A stretch of DNA of 64,000 bases. Source: Felis catus (taxonomy: Eukaryota). Shown here in pieces: positions 51,773 through 64,000 of this stretch (within the stretch, counting starts at the first letter, position 1; each line of letters begins with the position of its first letter). Where the stretch lies: the NCBI RefSeq assembly GCF_018350175.1, contig NC_058368.1, positions 148,740,001 to 148,804,000 of the forward strand, in the 5' to 3' direction. Both the position numbers and the translations under genes were made by a program. The notes below the pieces were generated by a model. That model saw only the letters and a program-made list of their open reading frames with translations. It was not told the origin of the DNA and ran no database searches.

Positions 51773-54060
51773 AAACAAAAAAGTGAATCTAATTTTATAC
51801 AGTATGCTCTCCTATTCATCACAGATGTAAATCTCTTTTTATATCTAGACAGAACAATAATTTGAATCATTGTAACATACTTTACTTATAAAACCCCCAG
51901 TTCTTTGGGCATACACTTTGCCATTTGCTTCTACAGAACTACTCACCAAGGAATATTTGAAAACAAAATATCCCCATCAAACTTCTGTTTGTATCTTGCC
52001 TTTGTTCTGTTGAGTGCAATTTGTTTGCCCTTAGTTCATTGTCTTCAGGCCTCCTTTGGAGAACTGAGAAGAAATGACAATGAAATATATTTCACAATGA
52101 CATGAACAAGTTTGCATTTAAAAATCATACGTCTATTCAATTTTATAAAAATTAGATCAAGAAGATTTTTCTTGTTGAAGTCCACAAGTATGATAAAAAA
52201 ATCTGTGACATTAATGATTTTTCTCAGGTTTTCTTTACTTCATGCTGATTTTTAATTATTTAATTTCTGCAATTGGAAAAGATATTCAATTTTAGGTAAT
52301 TAATTAACAGATCAACAAATTTGATGTGTAACTTTTCATTTATGTTACTGGTGAAATAATAAAATTCACACATTATCTATCAACATTATAAATTAAATTA
52401 TTTTAAGTAGAAAAACCTAAGTTAATTAGCAAAATAACTCAGGAAATACTTTTAATGTTATAGAATAACTGTCACTCTGCAGACTAACAAGATTTTGCCA
52501 CAGAATATATTTAAAATTTTATAGTTAAATCCCATTTAGTTCTTCACATCTATCAATTAAATCATATTTTTCCTGTATTGTATACCACTCTTTTCATGTT
52601 CTACATGAAACATTGGTTCTGCAGCTGTTCCTATCAATATTTTTTTTCCAAAAGACAACCATAGCTCAAGCAGATTTAAAATAAATGGCATAGTGAATAG
52701 AAATTATATTTTTCCACTGAAAACTCAAACTCATCCAAAGTAAATTTGAATCTATAAAATGTTATGGTAAAATGTTACTTATAGAATGATTCATCCACAT
52801 GTTAAAAAAAGAAAAATAAAATTCAAATCATTACACTACAATATTAACTCAGAATTAAAATAACTCAGACTGAGGAGGAGCCAACATGGCAGAACAGCAT
52901 GGAAGTTTTTTGTGTGTCTTATGTCCATGAAATACAGCCAGACCAACACTAAACCATCCTCCACACCTAGAAAACTGATTGGAGGACTCACACAACAATC
53001 TGCACAAACTGAACCACAGAATTCAGCAGGTATGTGGACTGGGGAGGTGACCCTGAGGAGCTAGAAGCCTCAGGAAGGGAGGTGCTTTTATGGGCAGAGA
53101 CAGGACAGAGACGGGCCAGGGGGAGAATATGGGAAAAGCATCCCTCCCCAAAAGCAGGTGGAGACAAAGTAGAAAATTGGAAACAGCCATGCGACTGAAG
53201 TAAAAAAGGAGAAAGGAGAGGGTTTAAATTCCATTAACACTGTAAATAGGGGGAGCACAGAGTCTGCAGCACTACAGATCAATACCTGACAGTGCTCTGG
53301 TGGGAAGGGTGAATCCCCAGGAGCAGAGTGGGTTCTGGGAGGTTCTCACTCGTGCCACACAGGGTTCCATTGCTGGAAGGACATTTGGTAGAGGCTGTGA
53401 GGCAACTTGGGCCCAGCAGACCCCAGAGAATTGCCGCATTTGCTGGTGCTGGTCGTTAAGGGTGAAGCCTGGTGCCAGATGGGTGTTGTGATTTTCCATA
53501 ATTCCTGAAATACTGCTGCTACACTGTCTCATGAACTTTTCCTGTGGTGGGCTGGCACCTGGCCACAGGCTCTGGGTGTCAGTGGCAGCACAGTCTGAGA
53601 AACTTTCCTGGATGCAGCCGCATACAGCCACTGCTTGGTGAGACCCTCTGCAGAGGGACAAAACAGGTCAAAGCCGCAGTCCCTCAGAAGTAAAGGGCCG
53701 GGGAAAACAGCCGCGTCTGAGACAAAACATATGAGAGCTGGGTGACGCCATTTTCACAGTTCCCGCGCATACGAATAGGCACCTACAAGCCCCACAACAC
53801 TCTACCCCAGTCGGCTAGCAGCGCCATCTAGTGGAGAACAGAGCAGTTACACTAAGACCCACCCAACTGGGCCAACCTCTGCTCTTTAGGGACAGAAGTC
53901 TCACTGCCTGCTTAGTTTATGGACTGTAACGTGCTTCATAGTCTGACTTCTAGGGGAAAATGAAGTAATTTCAGTCATATTTCAGTCTGTTAGGCCCATG
54001 TATTCAATTTTCTTTCCTTTTTTTTCCTTTTTCTTTTTTTCTATTTTTCATTTCTTTTAT

Positions 54061-54480
54061 TTTTCTTGAATACAGAAAGAAAAAATTCATTTTTATTTTC
54101 AACTTTTATTAAAAATATTTTTCTTTAATTTTTTTACTATATTTTTTTACTTTTGTGGAAATTTTGTAAAATTCTATTTTACTTCCATCATTTTATTTTA
54201 GTCTACTTCAGTGTATTCATTTTTTAAAATTTTCAAATCTTTCCTTTTTTTTTCCTTTTTTCTCCTTTTTTGTTTCTTTCCTTTTTCTTGAATACAGAAA
54301 GAGAAAAATTTCACTTGTATTTTTAATTTTTATTAAAAAATATTTTTTAAATTTCTTTTCTACTATGTTTTTAGTTTTGTGTAAATTTTTTCAAATTCTA
54401 GTTTATTTCCATCATTTCATTTTAGTCTACTTCAGTATATTTATTTTTTTTAATTTTCATACGATTTTGTTTTTTTTCTT
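54061..54480. repeat. Two ~222-bp T-rich tandem units within the L1 5'UTR
   Basis: TTTTCTTGAATACAGAAAGA at 54061 and 54283. TTCCATCATTT.ATTTTAGTCTACTTCAGT occurs in both units. Confidence 0.85.
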
Positions 54481-54785
54481 CTTTCCCCTTTTTTCTCTAA
54501 TCTATCAAGCCACTTTCAACACCCAGACCAAAACATACATAGGATCTAGCATCATTAATTCGATTTTGTGTGTGTGTGTTTAATTTTTTAATTTTAATAT
54601 TTTTAATTTTACTTTTTTTATTTTAATTTTTTCTACCTCATTATTTCCTATTGTCCCTTCAAAATGATGAAATGAAAGAATTCACCCCAAAAGAAAGAGT
54701 AGGAAGAAACAACAGCCAGGGAGTTAACCAACACAGATACAAGCAAGATGTCTGAACAAGAATTAAGAAACATGATTATAAGGGA

Positions 54786-55003
54786 GGGGCGCCCGGGTGA
54801 CTCAGTCAGTTAAGCCTCTGACTTTGGCTCAGGTCATGATCTCAGGATTTGTGAGTTTGAGCCCCATGTCAGGCTCTTTGCTGACAGCGCAGAGCCTGGA
54901 GCCTGTTTCAGATTCTGTGTCTACCTCTCTCTCTGCCGCTCCCCTGCTCACGATCTGTCTCTGTCTCAAAAATAAATAAATCTTTAAAAAATTAAAAAAA
55001 AAA
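54786..55003 (+). mobile_element. SINEC_Fc nested in L1 ORF1
   Basis: Canonical copy with degenerate TSD AAGAA.CA.GAT.ATAAG. Confidence 0.95.
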
Positions 55004-55045
55004 AAGAATCACGATAATAAGAATACTAGTTGGAGTTGACCTGAC

Positions 55046-55142
55046 CTAGCTCAGGTCTTGATCTCAGGGTCCTGAGTTCATGTCCCATGTTGGGCTTCAC
55101 ACTGGGCATGAAGCCTACATTAAAAGAAAAAACAAAAAAAAA
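55046..55142 (+). mobile_element. Old short Can-SINE 3' fragment
   Basis: GCTCAGGTCTTGATCTCAGGGTCCTGAGTTCA...GAAGCCTACATTAAAA. Confidence 0.85.
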
Positions 55143-55146
55143 CACA

Positions 55147-55290
55147 CTTTATTGAAGTGTAATTAAATTACAAAAAGCAGAACATAATGTATACAACTTG
55201 ATTAGTTTGGAGTTAAGTAAACACTTGACAAATCATCCCTATAATCAATGACATAAACATATCCATCACCTCCAAAAGTTTCTTCTTGCC
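55147..55290 (-). mobile_element. Old L1MA/MB-type 3'UTR fragment
   Basis: CTTTATTGAAGTGTAATT...ATAAACATATCCATCACCTCCAAAAGTTTC. Confidence 0.75.
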
Positions 55291-55318
55291 TTTTTTAAAT
55301 AAATAATAAATACATAAG

Positions 55319-55327
55319 TAGATAGAT

Positions 55328-55368
<41 letters not shown>
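55319..55368. repeat. (GATA)n tetranucleotide microsatellite
   Basis: Seen directly. Confidence 0.95.
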
Positions 55369-56273
55369 GTGTGTTACATTTTCTTATGCTAAAACTTGAG
55401 GTGCATTTTCATTTTGCTTCAATTTGGGTTATAATATTTGTGCAGCTTTTGTTTTTCTAGAGTCTAAATACTTTTAAATTTTGGGGGTTGGCAGAAATCC
55501 ATGAAATACCCTTATAACATTGATGACCTCCAGATTCTTTATCATAGCACAGTATTAATGTTTTATGTAATTCTGATTGTTTTTTAAAGGAATTGCCTTT
55601 TTGTTCCTCAAATGTTAGTGGGAATTTCACACATATTTTTCTTAATTCATTTTTCCTTGAGCATATGTTCAAGCGATCTCTTTCTGAAAATGATAGATAT
55701 GATAATAGTCACTCCAAGACCTTGTATGCTAAAAGTGTCTTTTTTTTTCCTTTTTGCCTTTCAGTTTTAATTTTTGCTAGTTATAAAATTCTGGGTTCAA
55801 ACTCAATTTCTGTCAAAATTCTGGAGAAATTTCTCCTTTGTTTCATACTATGCAATATTTTCTTATTTTTTTTCTTTCAAGCTTTTATTTTAATTCAAGT
55901 TAGTTAACATATAGTGTAGTATTGGTTTCAGAAGTAGAATTTAGTGATTCATCACTTACATATAACACCCAGGGCTTGTCACAAATGCCCTCCTTAATAC
56001 CATCACCCATTTAGCCCATCACCTCACCCACCTCCCTTCCAGCAACCCTCAGTTTGTTCTGTATAGTTAAGAGTTTCTTATGGTTTGCCTCCTTCTGTAT
56101 TATTATCTTATTTTACTTGCCCTTCCCCTCCCCCATGTTCATTGTTTTGTTTCTAAAATTCCACATATGAGTGGAATCATATAGTATTTGTCTTTCTCTG
56201 ACTTATTTTGCTTAGCATAATATACTCTACCTCTTTCCACATAGTTGCAAATGGCAAGGTTTCATTCTTTTTG

Positions 56274-56507
56274 ATGGTTGAGTAATATTATATATATAAT
56301 ATTACTCAACCATATATATATTTATGGTTATATAATATATAATATATATTATAATAATATATAATAATATATATAATATAATATATATTATATATAATAT
56401 ATAATATATATAATATTATATAATATATATAATATTACTCAACCATATATATATTTATGGTTATATATGTATATATAATATTACTCAACTCAAGATATAT
56501 ATATCTT
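56274..56507. repeat. Palindromic AT-rich repeat inside L1
   Basis: Perfect 40-bp palindrome at 56274-56313, with the arm repeated at about 56429 and 56473. Confidence 0.92.
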
Positions 56508-57181
56508 CATTATCCATTCATCAGTTAATGGACATTTGGGCTCTTTCCATATTTGGCTATTGTTGATAGTGCTGCTATAAACACTGAAGTTCATGTGCCC
56601 CTTTGATTCAGTATTTTCATATCCTTTATATAAATAACCAGTAATGAAATTGCTGAATCATGGGGTATTTTTAACTTTTTGAGGAACATCCATACTATAT
56701 CCCAGAGTGGATGAACAGTTTGTATTCCCACCAACAGTATAAGAGGGTTCCCCTTTCTGCATCCTTGTCAATGCCTGTTGTTTCCTATTTTGTTAAACTT
56801 AGACATTCTGACAGGTGTAAGGGGCTATCTCATTGTGGTTTTGATTTATATTTCCCTGATGATGAGTCATGTTAAGCGTATTTTCATGTGTCTGTTAGCC
56901 ATTTGAATGTCTTCTCTGGAGAAATTTCTTAATATCTTTTGCCCATTTCTTAACTGGATTATTTATTTTTGGTATTTTGAGTTTAATAAATTCCTTATAA
57001 ATTTTTGAGAATAGGCCTTTATCTTATATGTCATTTGAAAATATCTTCTCCCATTCTATGGGCTGACTTTTAGTTGTTTTTTTTTTTTTTAATTTTTCTT
57101 TCACTTGCAGAAGTTTTTTATCTTGATGAAGTTCTGATAGTTCATTTTTGTTTTTGTTTTCCTTGCCTCAGAAGATGTGTC

Positions 57182-57405
57182 TTTTTTTTTTTAATTTTTT
57201 TTCAACGTTTATTTATTTTTGGGACAGAGAGAGACAGAGCATGAACGGGGGAGGGGCAGAGAGAGAGGGAGTCACAGAATCGGAAACAGGCTCCAGGCTC
57301 CGAGCCATCAGCCCAGAGCCCGATGCGGGGCTCGAACTCACGGACCGCGAGATCGTGACCTGGCTGAAGTCAGACGCTTAACCGACTGAGCCACCCAGGC
57401 GCCCC
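57182..57405 (-). mobile_element. Very young SINEC_Fc nested in L1
   Basis: CpG-rich, with CAGCCAGGTCACG and GTCCCAAAAA variants. Perfect TSD AGAAGATGTGTCTTT. Confidence 0.97.
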
Positions 57406-58597
57406 AGAAGATGTGTCTTTTAAGAACATGCTATAGCTGAGGTGAAAATGGTTGTTGCCTGGGTTCTCCTCTAGGATTTTTATGGTTTCCTATCTCACAC
57501 TTAGGTCTTTCATCCATTTTGAATTTTTTTTGTGTATGGTGTAAGAAAGTGGTCCAGTTTCATTTTTCCGCTGTCCAGGTTTCCCAATATAGTTTGTTGA
57601 AGAGCCTGTCCTTTCTCCATTGAATATTCTTTCCTGCTCTGTCGAAGATTAGTTGACCATATATTTGGGGAGCCACATCTGGGTTTTCTATTATGTTACA
57701 TTGATATATGTCTCTGTTTTTGTGCCAGTACCATACACACTGTCTTGATGATTACATCTTTGTAATGCAGCTTGAAATTTGGAATTGTGATGCCTCCCTC
57801 TTTGCCTTTCTTTTTCAATATTACTTTGGCTATTTGGGGTCTTTTCTGGTTTCATACAAATTTTAGGATTCTTCTTCTAGCTTCGTGAAAAATATTGGGA
57901 TTATTTTGATAGGCATTGCAATGAATACAACCCAAGGGCTGCTTTGGGTAGCTTAGGCACAGCAACAATATTTGTTCTTCCAATCCATCAGCATGGAATG
58001 TTTTTCCATTATTTGTGTCTTCTTCAATTTCTTTCAAAAGCGTACCGAACTTTTATCTCTTTGGTTAGGCTTATTCCTAGTTATATTTTGTTTGTTTTGC
58101 AATTTTAAAGGGGATTGATTCCTGGATTTCTCTTTCTGCTGCTTTATTATCATGGTATAGAAATGCAACCAAATTTTGTACATTGATTTTATATCCTGCG
58201 ACTTTACTGAATTCCTGTATCAGTTCTAGCAATTTTTTCATGGAATCTTTTGGGTTTTCTATGTAGAGTATTGTGTCATCTATGAAGAGTGAAAGTATGA
58301 CTTCTTCCTTGCCAATTTGTTATTTTTTGTTGTCTGATACTGAGGTTAGGACTTCAGTACTATGTTGAACAACAATGGTGAGAGTAGACATCCCTGTTGT
58401 GTTCCTGACCTTAGGGGAAAGGCTCTCAGTTTTTCCCTACTGAGGATGATATTAGCTGTGGATCTTTTGTATATGGCCTTTATGATATTGAGGTATGATC
58501 CCTCTATCACTACTTTCTTTAGAGTTTTTCATCAAGAAAGAATGCTGTATTTTTTCAAATGCTTTTTCTGCATCTATTGAGAGGATCATCTGGTTCT

Positions 58598-58599
<2 letters not shown>

Positions 58600-58639
<40 letters not shown>
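58600..58639. repeat. Poly(T)40
   Basis: Seen directly. Confidence 0.95.
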
Positions 58640-58642
<3 letters not shown>

Positions 58643-59941
58643 GTGGTGCATCACGTTGACTGATTTGCAGATATTGAACCACCTCTGCAGCCCAAGAATA
58701 AATCCCACCTGATTGTAGTAAATAATTCTTCTAGTGTACTGTTGGATTCTATTTGCTAGTATCTTATTGAGAATTTTTGAATCCAAGTTCATGAGGGATA
58801 TTGGCCTATAATTTTCCTTTTTAGTGGGGCTATTGTTGGGTTTTGGAAGAAAGGTAATGCTGGCCTCATAGAATGAGTTTGGAAGTTTTCCTTTTATTTT
58901 TATTTTTTGAGACAGTTGCAAAGGAACAGGAATTAATTCTTCTTTAAATGTTTGGTAGAATTCCCCTGGAAAGCCATCTGGCCCTGGACTCTTGTTTTTT
59001 GGGAGATTTTTTCATTACTGATTCAATTTCTTTTCTGTTTATGGTCTGTTCAAATTTTCTGTTTTCCTGTTTGAGTTTTGGTAGTTTATATGTTTCTAGG
59101 AATTTATTCAATTCTTGTAGATGGCCCAATTTGTTCACATATAATTTTTCTTTTTTTTCACATATAATTTTTCAAATATTGTCATAATTGTTTTAACTTC
59201 TGTGGTATTGGTCACGATCCCTCCTCTTGCATTTGTGATTTTATTTCTTTGGATCCTTTCTCTTTTCTTTTTGATATGCCTGGCTAGGGGGTATGATTTT
59301 TTTTTTTAATTCCTTAAAGAACCAGCACCTAGCTTCATTGATCTACTGTTTTTTTTTTATTCTATATTATTTCTATACTAATATTTCTTATTTCCCGTTT
59401 TCTGCTGTTTTTGCACTCTATTTGCTGTTCTTTTTTCCAGCTCCTTTAGGTGTAAAGTTAGGTTGTATATTTGAGACTTCTTCCTTCCTGAGGAACACCT
59501 GGATTGCTATATACTTCTTAAGACTACCTTTGGTGCATCTCAAAGGTTTTGGACTTTCAAGTTTTTATTTTCATTTGCTTTCATTTTTTTTATTTCTTCT
59601 TTAATTTCCTGGTTAATCTATTCATTATTTAGTATGATGTTCTTTAATCTCCATGTATTGGTAGTTTTTCTAATTTTTTCTTGTTGTTGACTTCAAGTTT
59701 CATAGCATTGTGGTCTGAAAATATGCATGGTAAGATCTCAAACTTTCTGTGCTTATTCAGGCCTGATTTGTGACCCAGTGTGTGAACTATTCTGGAGAAT
59801 GTCCTATGTGCACCTGAAAATAATGTGCATTCTGCTGCTTTAGGGTAAAATACTCAGAATATTATCTGGTAAGTCCATCTGGTCCAACATATCATTTAAA
59901 GCCATTGTTTCCTTGTTGATTTTCTGCTTAGATGATCTGTT

Positions 59942-60011
59942 TGTTAAATTTCCCTACTATGTGTTAAATTTCCCTACTATGTTAAGTGTGGTGTTAAATT
60001 TCCCTACTATG
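59942..60011. repeat. Three copies of TGTTAAATTTCCCTACTATG
   Basis: Local tandem duplication in the L1 endonuclease region. Confidence 0.9.
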
Positions 60012-61876
60012 GTTGTGTTATTATCAATGAATGTCTTTAAGTTTGTTATTAATTGATTTATATATTTGGTATTCTAAGTTGGGGCATAAATATTTATAAT
60101 TGTTAGATCTTTTTGTTTTATAGACCCCTTTATGATGATGTAGTGCCCTTCTTCATCCCTTATTACGGTCTTTGGTTTAAATTTGTCTGGTTTGTCTGAT
60201 TTTAGTATGGCCACTCCATCTTTCTTTTGGCATCCTTAGCATAATAAATCATTCTCAACCTCCTCACTTTCAATCTGGAAGTTCTTTGGGTCTAAAATGA
60301 GTCTCTTGTAAGCAACATATCAGTGAGACCTGTTTTTAATCCATTCTGACATCCTATGTCTTTTGATTGGAGCATTTAGCCCATATACATTCAGAGCAAT
60401 TATTAATTGATATGAATTTAGTACCATTGTATTACCTGTAAAGTCTCTGCTTCTGTAGATTATCTCTGTTCCTTTGCAGTCTTTGTTACTTTTGGTCTCT
60501 CTTTCCTGCTTAATAGGTCACCTTTAATATCTTTTGCAGAGCGGGTTTAGTGTTCACAAACTCCTTTAGTTTTTGTTTGTCTAGGAAATACCTTATCTCT
60601 CCTATTTTGAATGATAGTCTTGCTGGATAAAGTATAATTGGCTGCAAATTTTTCCTGTTTAGAATGTTGAGTATATCATGTCACTCCCTCCTGGCCTGCC
60701 AAGTTTCTGTGGACAAGTATGCTGCTGTTAGTTGTCTACCCTTGTAGGTTAAGAACCTTTTGTCCTTAGCTACTTTTAGAATTCTCTCTTTTTCTTTGAA
60801 TTTTTCAAGTTTCACTATGATGTGTTTAGGTGTTGACCTATTTGGCTTGTTTGTTTGTTTTTTGAGGGGAGGTCTCTGTGCCTCCCAGGCTTGAATGCCT
60901 GTTTCCTTCCCCTGATTAGGGACTTCTCAGCCATAATTTGTTCAAATAAACCTTCTGTACCTTTTCCCTGCTCTACTGTTACAGATATTATTGCACTTCA
61001 TTGAATCACTGATTTCCCTAAGTCTGTATTTATGATATAAATTTTTTCTTTCCCTCTTCTTTTCAGTTTCTTTATTTTATATAATCTTATCTTCTGTAAT
61101 ATCTATTCATCCCTTTGCTTCTTCCATCCTCATTGTAATTACACCAGTCAGTTTTGCATCTCAGTTATAGCATTTTTTATTTCAGACTGACTAGTTTTTA
61201 GGTCTTTTATCTCTGCAGTAAGGATTTCTCTGGTGTCCTCTATGCTTTTTATCCAAGCCCAACTAGTATTCTTATGACTGTTGTTCTAAATTCTTATTCA
61301 GATATGTTGCTTATATCTGCTTTGAGCACATCCTTGGCTGTGATTTCTTCTTAATCTTTCTTATGGGGAGAATTCCTCTGTCTTGTCATTTTTCTAGGTT
61401 TCTGACTTTTGCGGGTTATGAAAGCTTGTTATGTTTCCTGCTCCTGAGAGTAATGCTGTATAAAGAAGGGGTCATACATTGTCCAGGGCCAGATGCTTCA
61501 GGAAGTGTTTCTGGTGTATGCTGCATGCACTCCACCATTGTGTTTTGCCTGCTCTTTCCCACAAGTCAGTCCTCTACAGAGCTCCTCCTTGTTGGCATTG
61601 GGGGAGTGTTTGGACCTTTAATTAGCTGTGCTTTCATTTGGTTGTAAAAATAAGCCTGATTAAAAAAAATAAAGCCTGCCCCCCCCCAAAAAAAAGAGAA
61701 AAGGATAAAGGAACAAGCAAACACACAAACAAACAAAAAACTATAAGCCTGATTATGAAGAAAAAGAAAGAAAAAAGAAGCCTCATCTGAAAAATGATTA
61801 AAGCCAACAAACAAACTGAACAAAATGCCTGATTCCAAAAAGAGAAAGAAACAAAGAGAGAAACACAGAGAGAGGA

Positions 61877-62033
<157 letters not shown>

Positions 62034-62220
62034 AATAAAAAAGTACCTGGTCCTATTTCCACCGGAGCTAAAGCGGATTCTTTGGCGCTCTCTATGACTT
62101 GGTGCATGGGGGTGGAGTGGGGTGGCAGGGGTGATGTGGGTCCTCTGTTGAGGGAGGCCTGCTATGCTGGTTTACTGTCAAATCTGCCCTAGTAAAGAGG
62201 CTCCTGCAGGGAACAGTGTG

Positions 62221-63182
62221 GTGTGGCTGGAGCCTCCGCTGGGGGCACTTTGTCGCTCACTGAAGATCTAAAGTGCTGGTGGGCGGGGGAAGGGCAGGAA
62301 GCTGGCTTCGCCCGGTCTCTCATCCCCCAGGGAGGGGAGGTCACGCCCACCAACTGCCGTTCAGGAAGCCCTCACAGAAGTGTGAACAATCTCCCCTCCT
62401 GTGTCCCAGGTCCCTGGGATTCCTTCCCTCAACCTGCGTGCCCACGCCAATGACACATTTGGCGCCACAGCTGTCCTGTGTTTTATCACCGGTGCGCGGC
62501 TGGGATTCAAAACTGCAAATCTTAAACGACCCGGTAAGGCAGACTGCTCCCCTCCTCCGAAAGATAGCCTGGCGGCACGGTGCCTGGCGCCATTCTGTGC
62601 CGGAAAAGCAGTTGCATGTCTGCGCAGGTGCCTGGAGTTGATTATGGTGAAGCAAAGGGAAAACTGCGACCAGGTTATCTGCCTTCTGCAGGAGCCTCTG
62701 TCCCCTGCTGTTGAAATACACCTCCATCCAAATGCACTCCAAGAAGGGGAACTTTCTCTCCCGGCAGGACACAGGGCATCCCCACACCACACCGTGCATT
62801 CCTCGGGCTCCTCCCCAGCAGCACCACTGCCTGCCTCCCTCAACTCCGTGGAATTTCACAGAAAACCCCAGAATCTGAGCTCCATTGTTGGCAAAAACTT
62901 GCTATAGTAAGTTCTTCTCGATTCCCCGTCAATGGTTTTAGGGGAGGTTTTTTCCTTGTGTGAACCCAATCGGGCTGCTCTCTCTCCGCATCTGTCCGCT
63001 TTGTTTTCTCCCTCCCCTCCGCATGGCGGAGGCACATCTTCACAAGCGCCTACCTGTCACGTTCTCTCCCGCTAATTGTGCAGATTATTCTCTTAATCCT
63101 CAAACCGATTTCGTAGGTGTTCAGAACGATTTGGGATGACACAAACCTAGGATCTCCGGAGGCCCGCCATCTTAACTCCTCC
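62221..63182 (-). promoter_or_regulatory. CpG-rich L1 5'UTR internal promoter region
   Basis: About 41 CpGs by hand count in 960 bp. YY1-type AAGATGGCG at the 5' end. Promoter activity is not demonstrated. Confidence 0.55.
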
Positions 63183-63579
63183 TATGCAGTATTTTCGATG
63201 AGATGTCTGGCATTACCTATTTTTGCTCTTACTGTTTGTGTGCTTCTGTTTTTTAAAGTTTATGCAATCTTTTCTTTGCCCGTGTGATTTGAAAGTCTGT
63301 TGCCTATGTTTAGAAAAAGGGGTTTCAACATTTTGTGATTCATTTAGTGAACACATTTAATTGGCTGATACTATTTGAGTTCTGAATATTTGTACCTAAT
63401 CTTTCCTTTATTATTTAATATGTTTTTTATTATTTATGATAATTGGATCTATTTAGATTTATATTTTATATCTAATAATTTTTTCTGCTAATTTTCATAC
63501 CATTGATTTTTGCTTGTGGTTCAGGAAAATTTTCTCTGTTACCCTACTATACCTTAAAATTAAAAAAAAAAAAAGGATT

Positions 63580-64000
63580 CTTAGCACTTTAGACTTACAT
63601 GATAGGTGCAAAAATAATACAGTTTCACTATATCTTTCACCAAATTTTCCCTTATAAATATTTTCTTTGCATGATATAGGATGATTACCAAAACTAAGAA
63701 ACTACTTTGGGGCAGTACTATTAATTAAACAGTGGCATTTGTTCACATTTTATCTTTTTTTTCTCCCACTAATACCTTTCTGTTCCAGGAACCAATACAG
63801 AATTTCATCTTGCGTTTAGTTGTTGTATTTTATTATTCTCCTCCAATCTTTGAAGTATCCTCAGTCTTTTACTTTACTTCAAGACCTGGAACAATATATT
63901 TACAGTGTCCCTCGATCTGACTTTTCTGGAATTTGTTCATGAGTATATTGATGTTATACATTTTGGCAAAAGGTACCACAGAAGTGGTGTTCCTTTTCCA
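63580..64000 (-). mobile_element. Old L1MB/MC-type 3'UTR relic
   Basis: GCAAAAATAATACAG..., CCAAAACTAAGAAA..., CCTTTCTGTTCCAGGAACCAATACAG..., TTTTGGCAAAAGGTACCACAGAAGTG. Confidence 0.75.

Larger units (their letters stand above)
52872..55039 (+). mobile_element. Felid L1 5'UTR plus about 45 codons of ORF1, truncated on the 3' side
   Basis: Starts GAGGAGGAGCCAACATGGC (YY1-type 5' end). T-rich UTR. ORF1 from 54664 reads MMK*KNSPQKKE*EETTARELTNTDTSKMSEQELR. Confidence 0.9.

Noticed and set aside
59942..60011. 20-bp direct repeats resembling a CRISPR array
   Set aside because: Local tandem duplication within L1, with no unique regular spacers, no cas genes and a mammalian context.
62223..62907. 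Overlapping 122-172 aa ORFs on both strands (possible ORF0-like gene)
   Set aside because: They lie in the GC-rich L1 5'UTR where stops are rare. Most use non-ATG starts and none resembles a known protein.

Overview
This is not prokaryotic DNA. It is an AT-rich, repeat-dense mammalian window, almost certainly from a felid, because it carries about 30 tRNA-derived Can-SINEs of the SINEC_Fc type and carnivore/felid L1s. I can support no intact protein-coding gene, RNA gene or CRISPR array. The long ORFs in the track are decayed L1 ORF1/ORF2 pieces, SINE read-throughs or microsatellites, so the window looks intergenic or deep-intronic. Main contents: a full-length decayed minus-strand L1 with a TSD (55863-63182), an internally deleted L1 (19318-24200), a 3'-truncated L1 5' end (52872-55039), two twin-primed inverted L1s, two ERV1-like solo LTRs, MaLR/ERVL LTR relics, Tigger2, L2 and MIR relics. 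The most notable oddities are (i) a CpG-retaining 5'UTR on an otherwise dead L1, (ii) a ~460-bp mini-L1 that joins a 5'UTR piece directly to the 3' end, (iii) a perfect 40-bp AT-rich palindrome with reiterated arms, (iv) an exact 24-bp copy 805 bp away inside an ancient L2, and (v) a few unassigned exon-like segments. I found no convincing novel multi-gene system. Repeat family names come from recognition, not database searches, and boundaries without a TSD are approximate.
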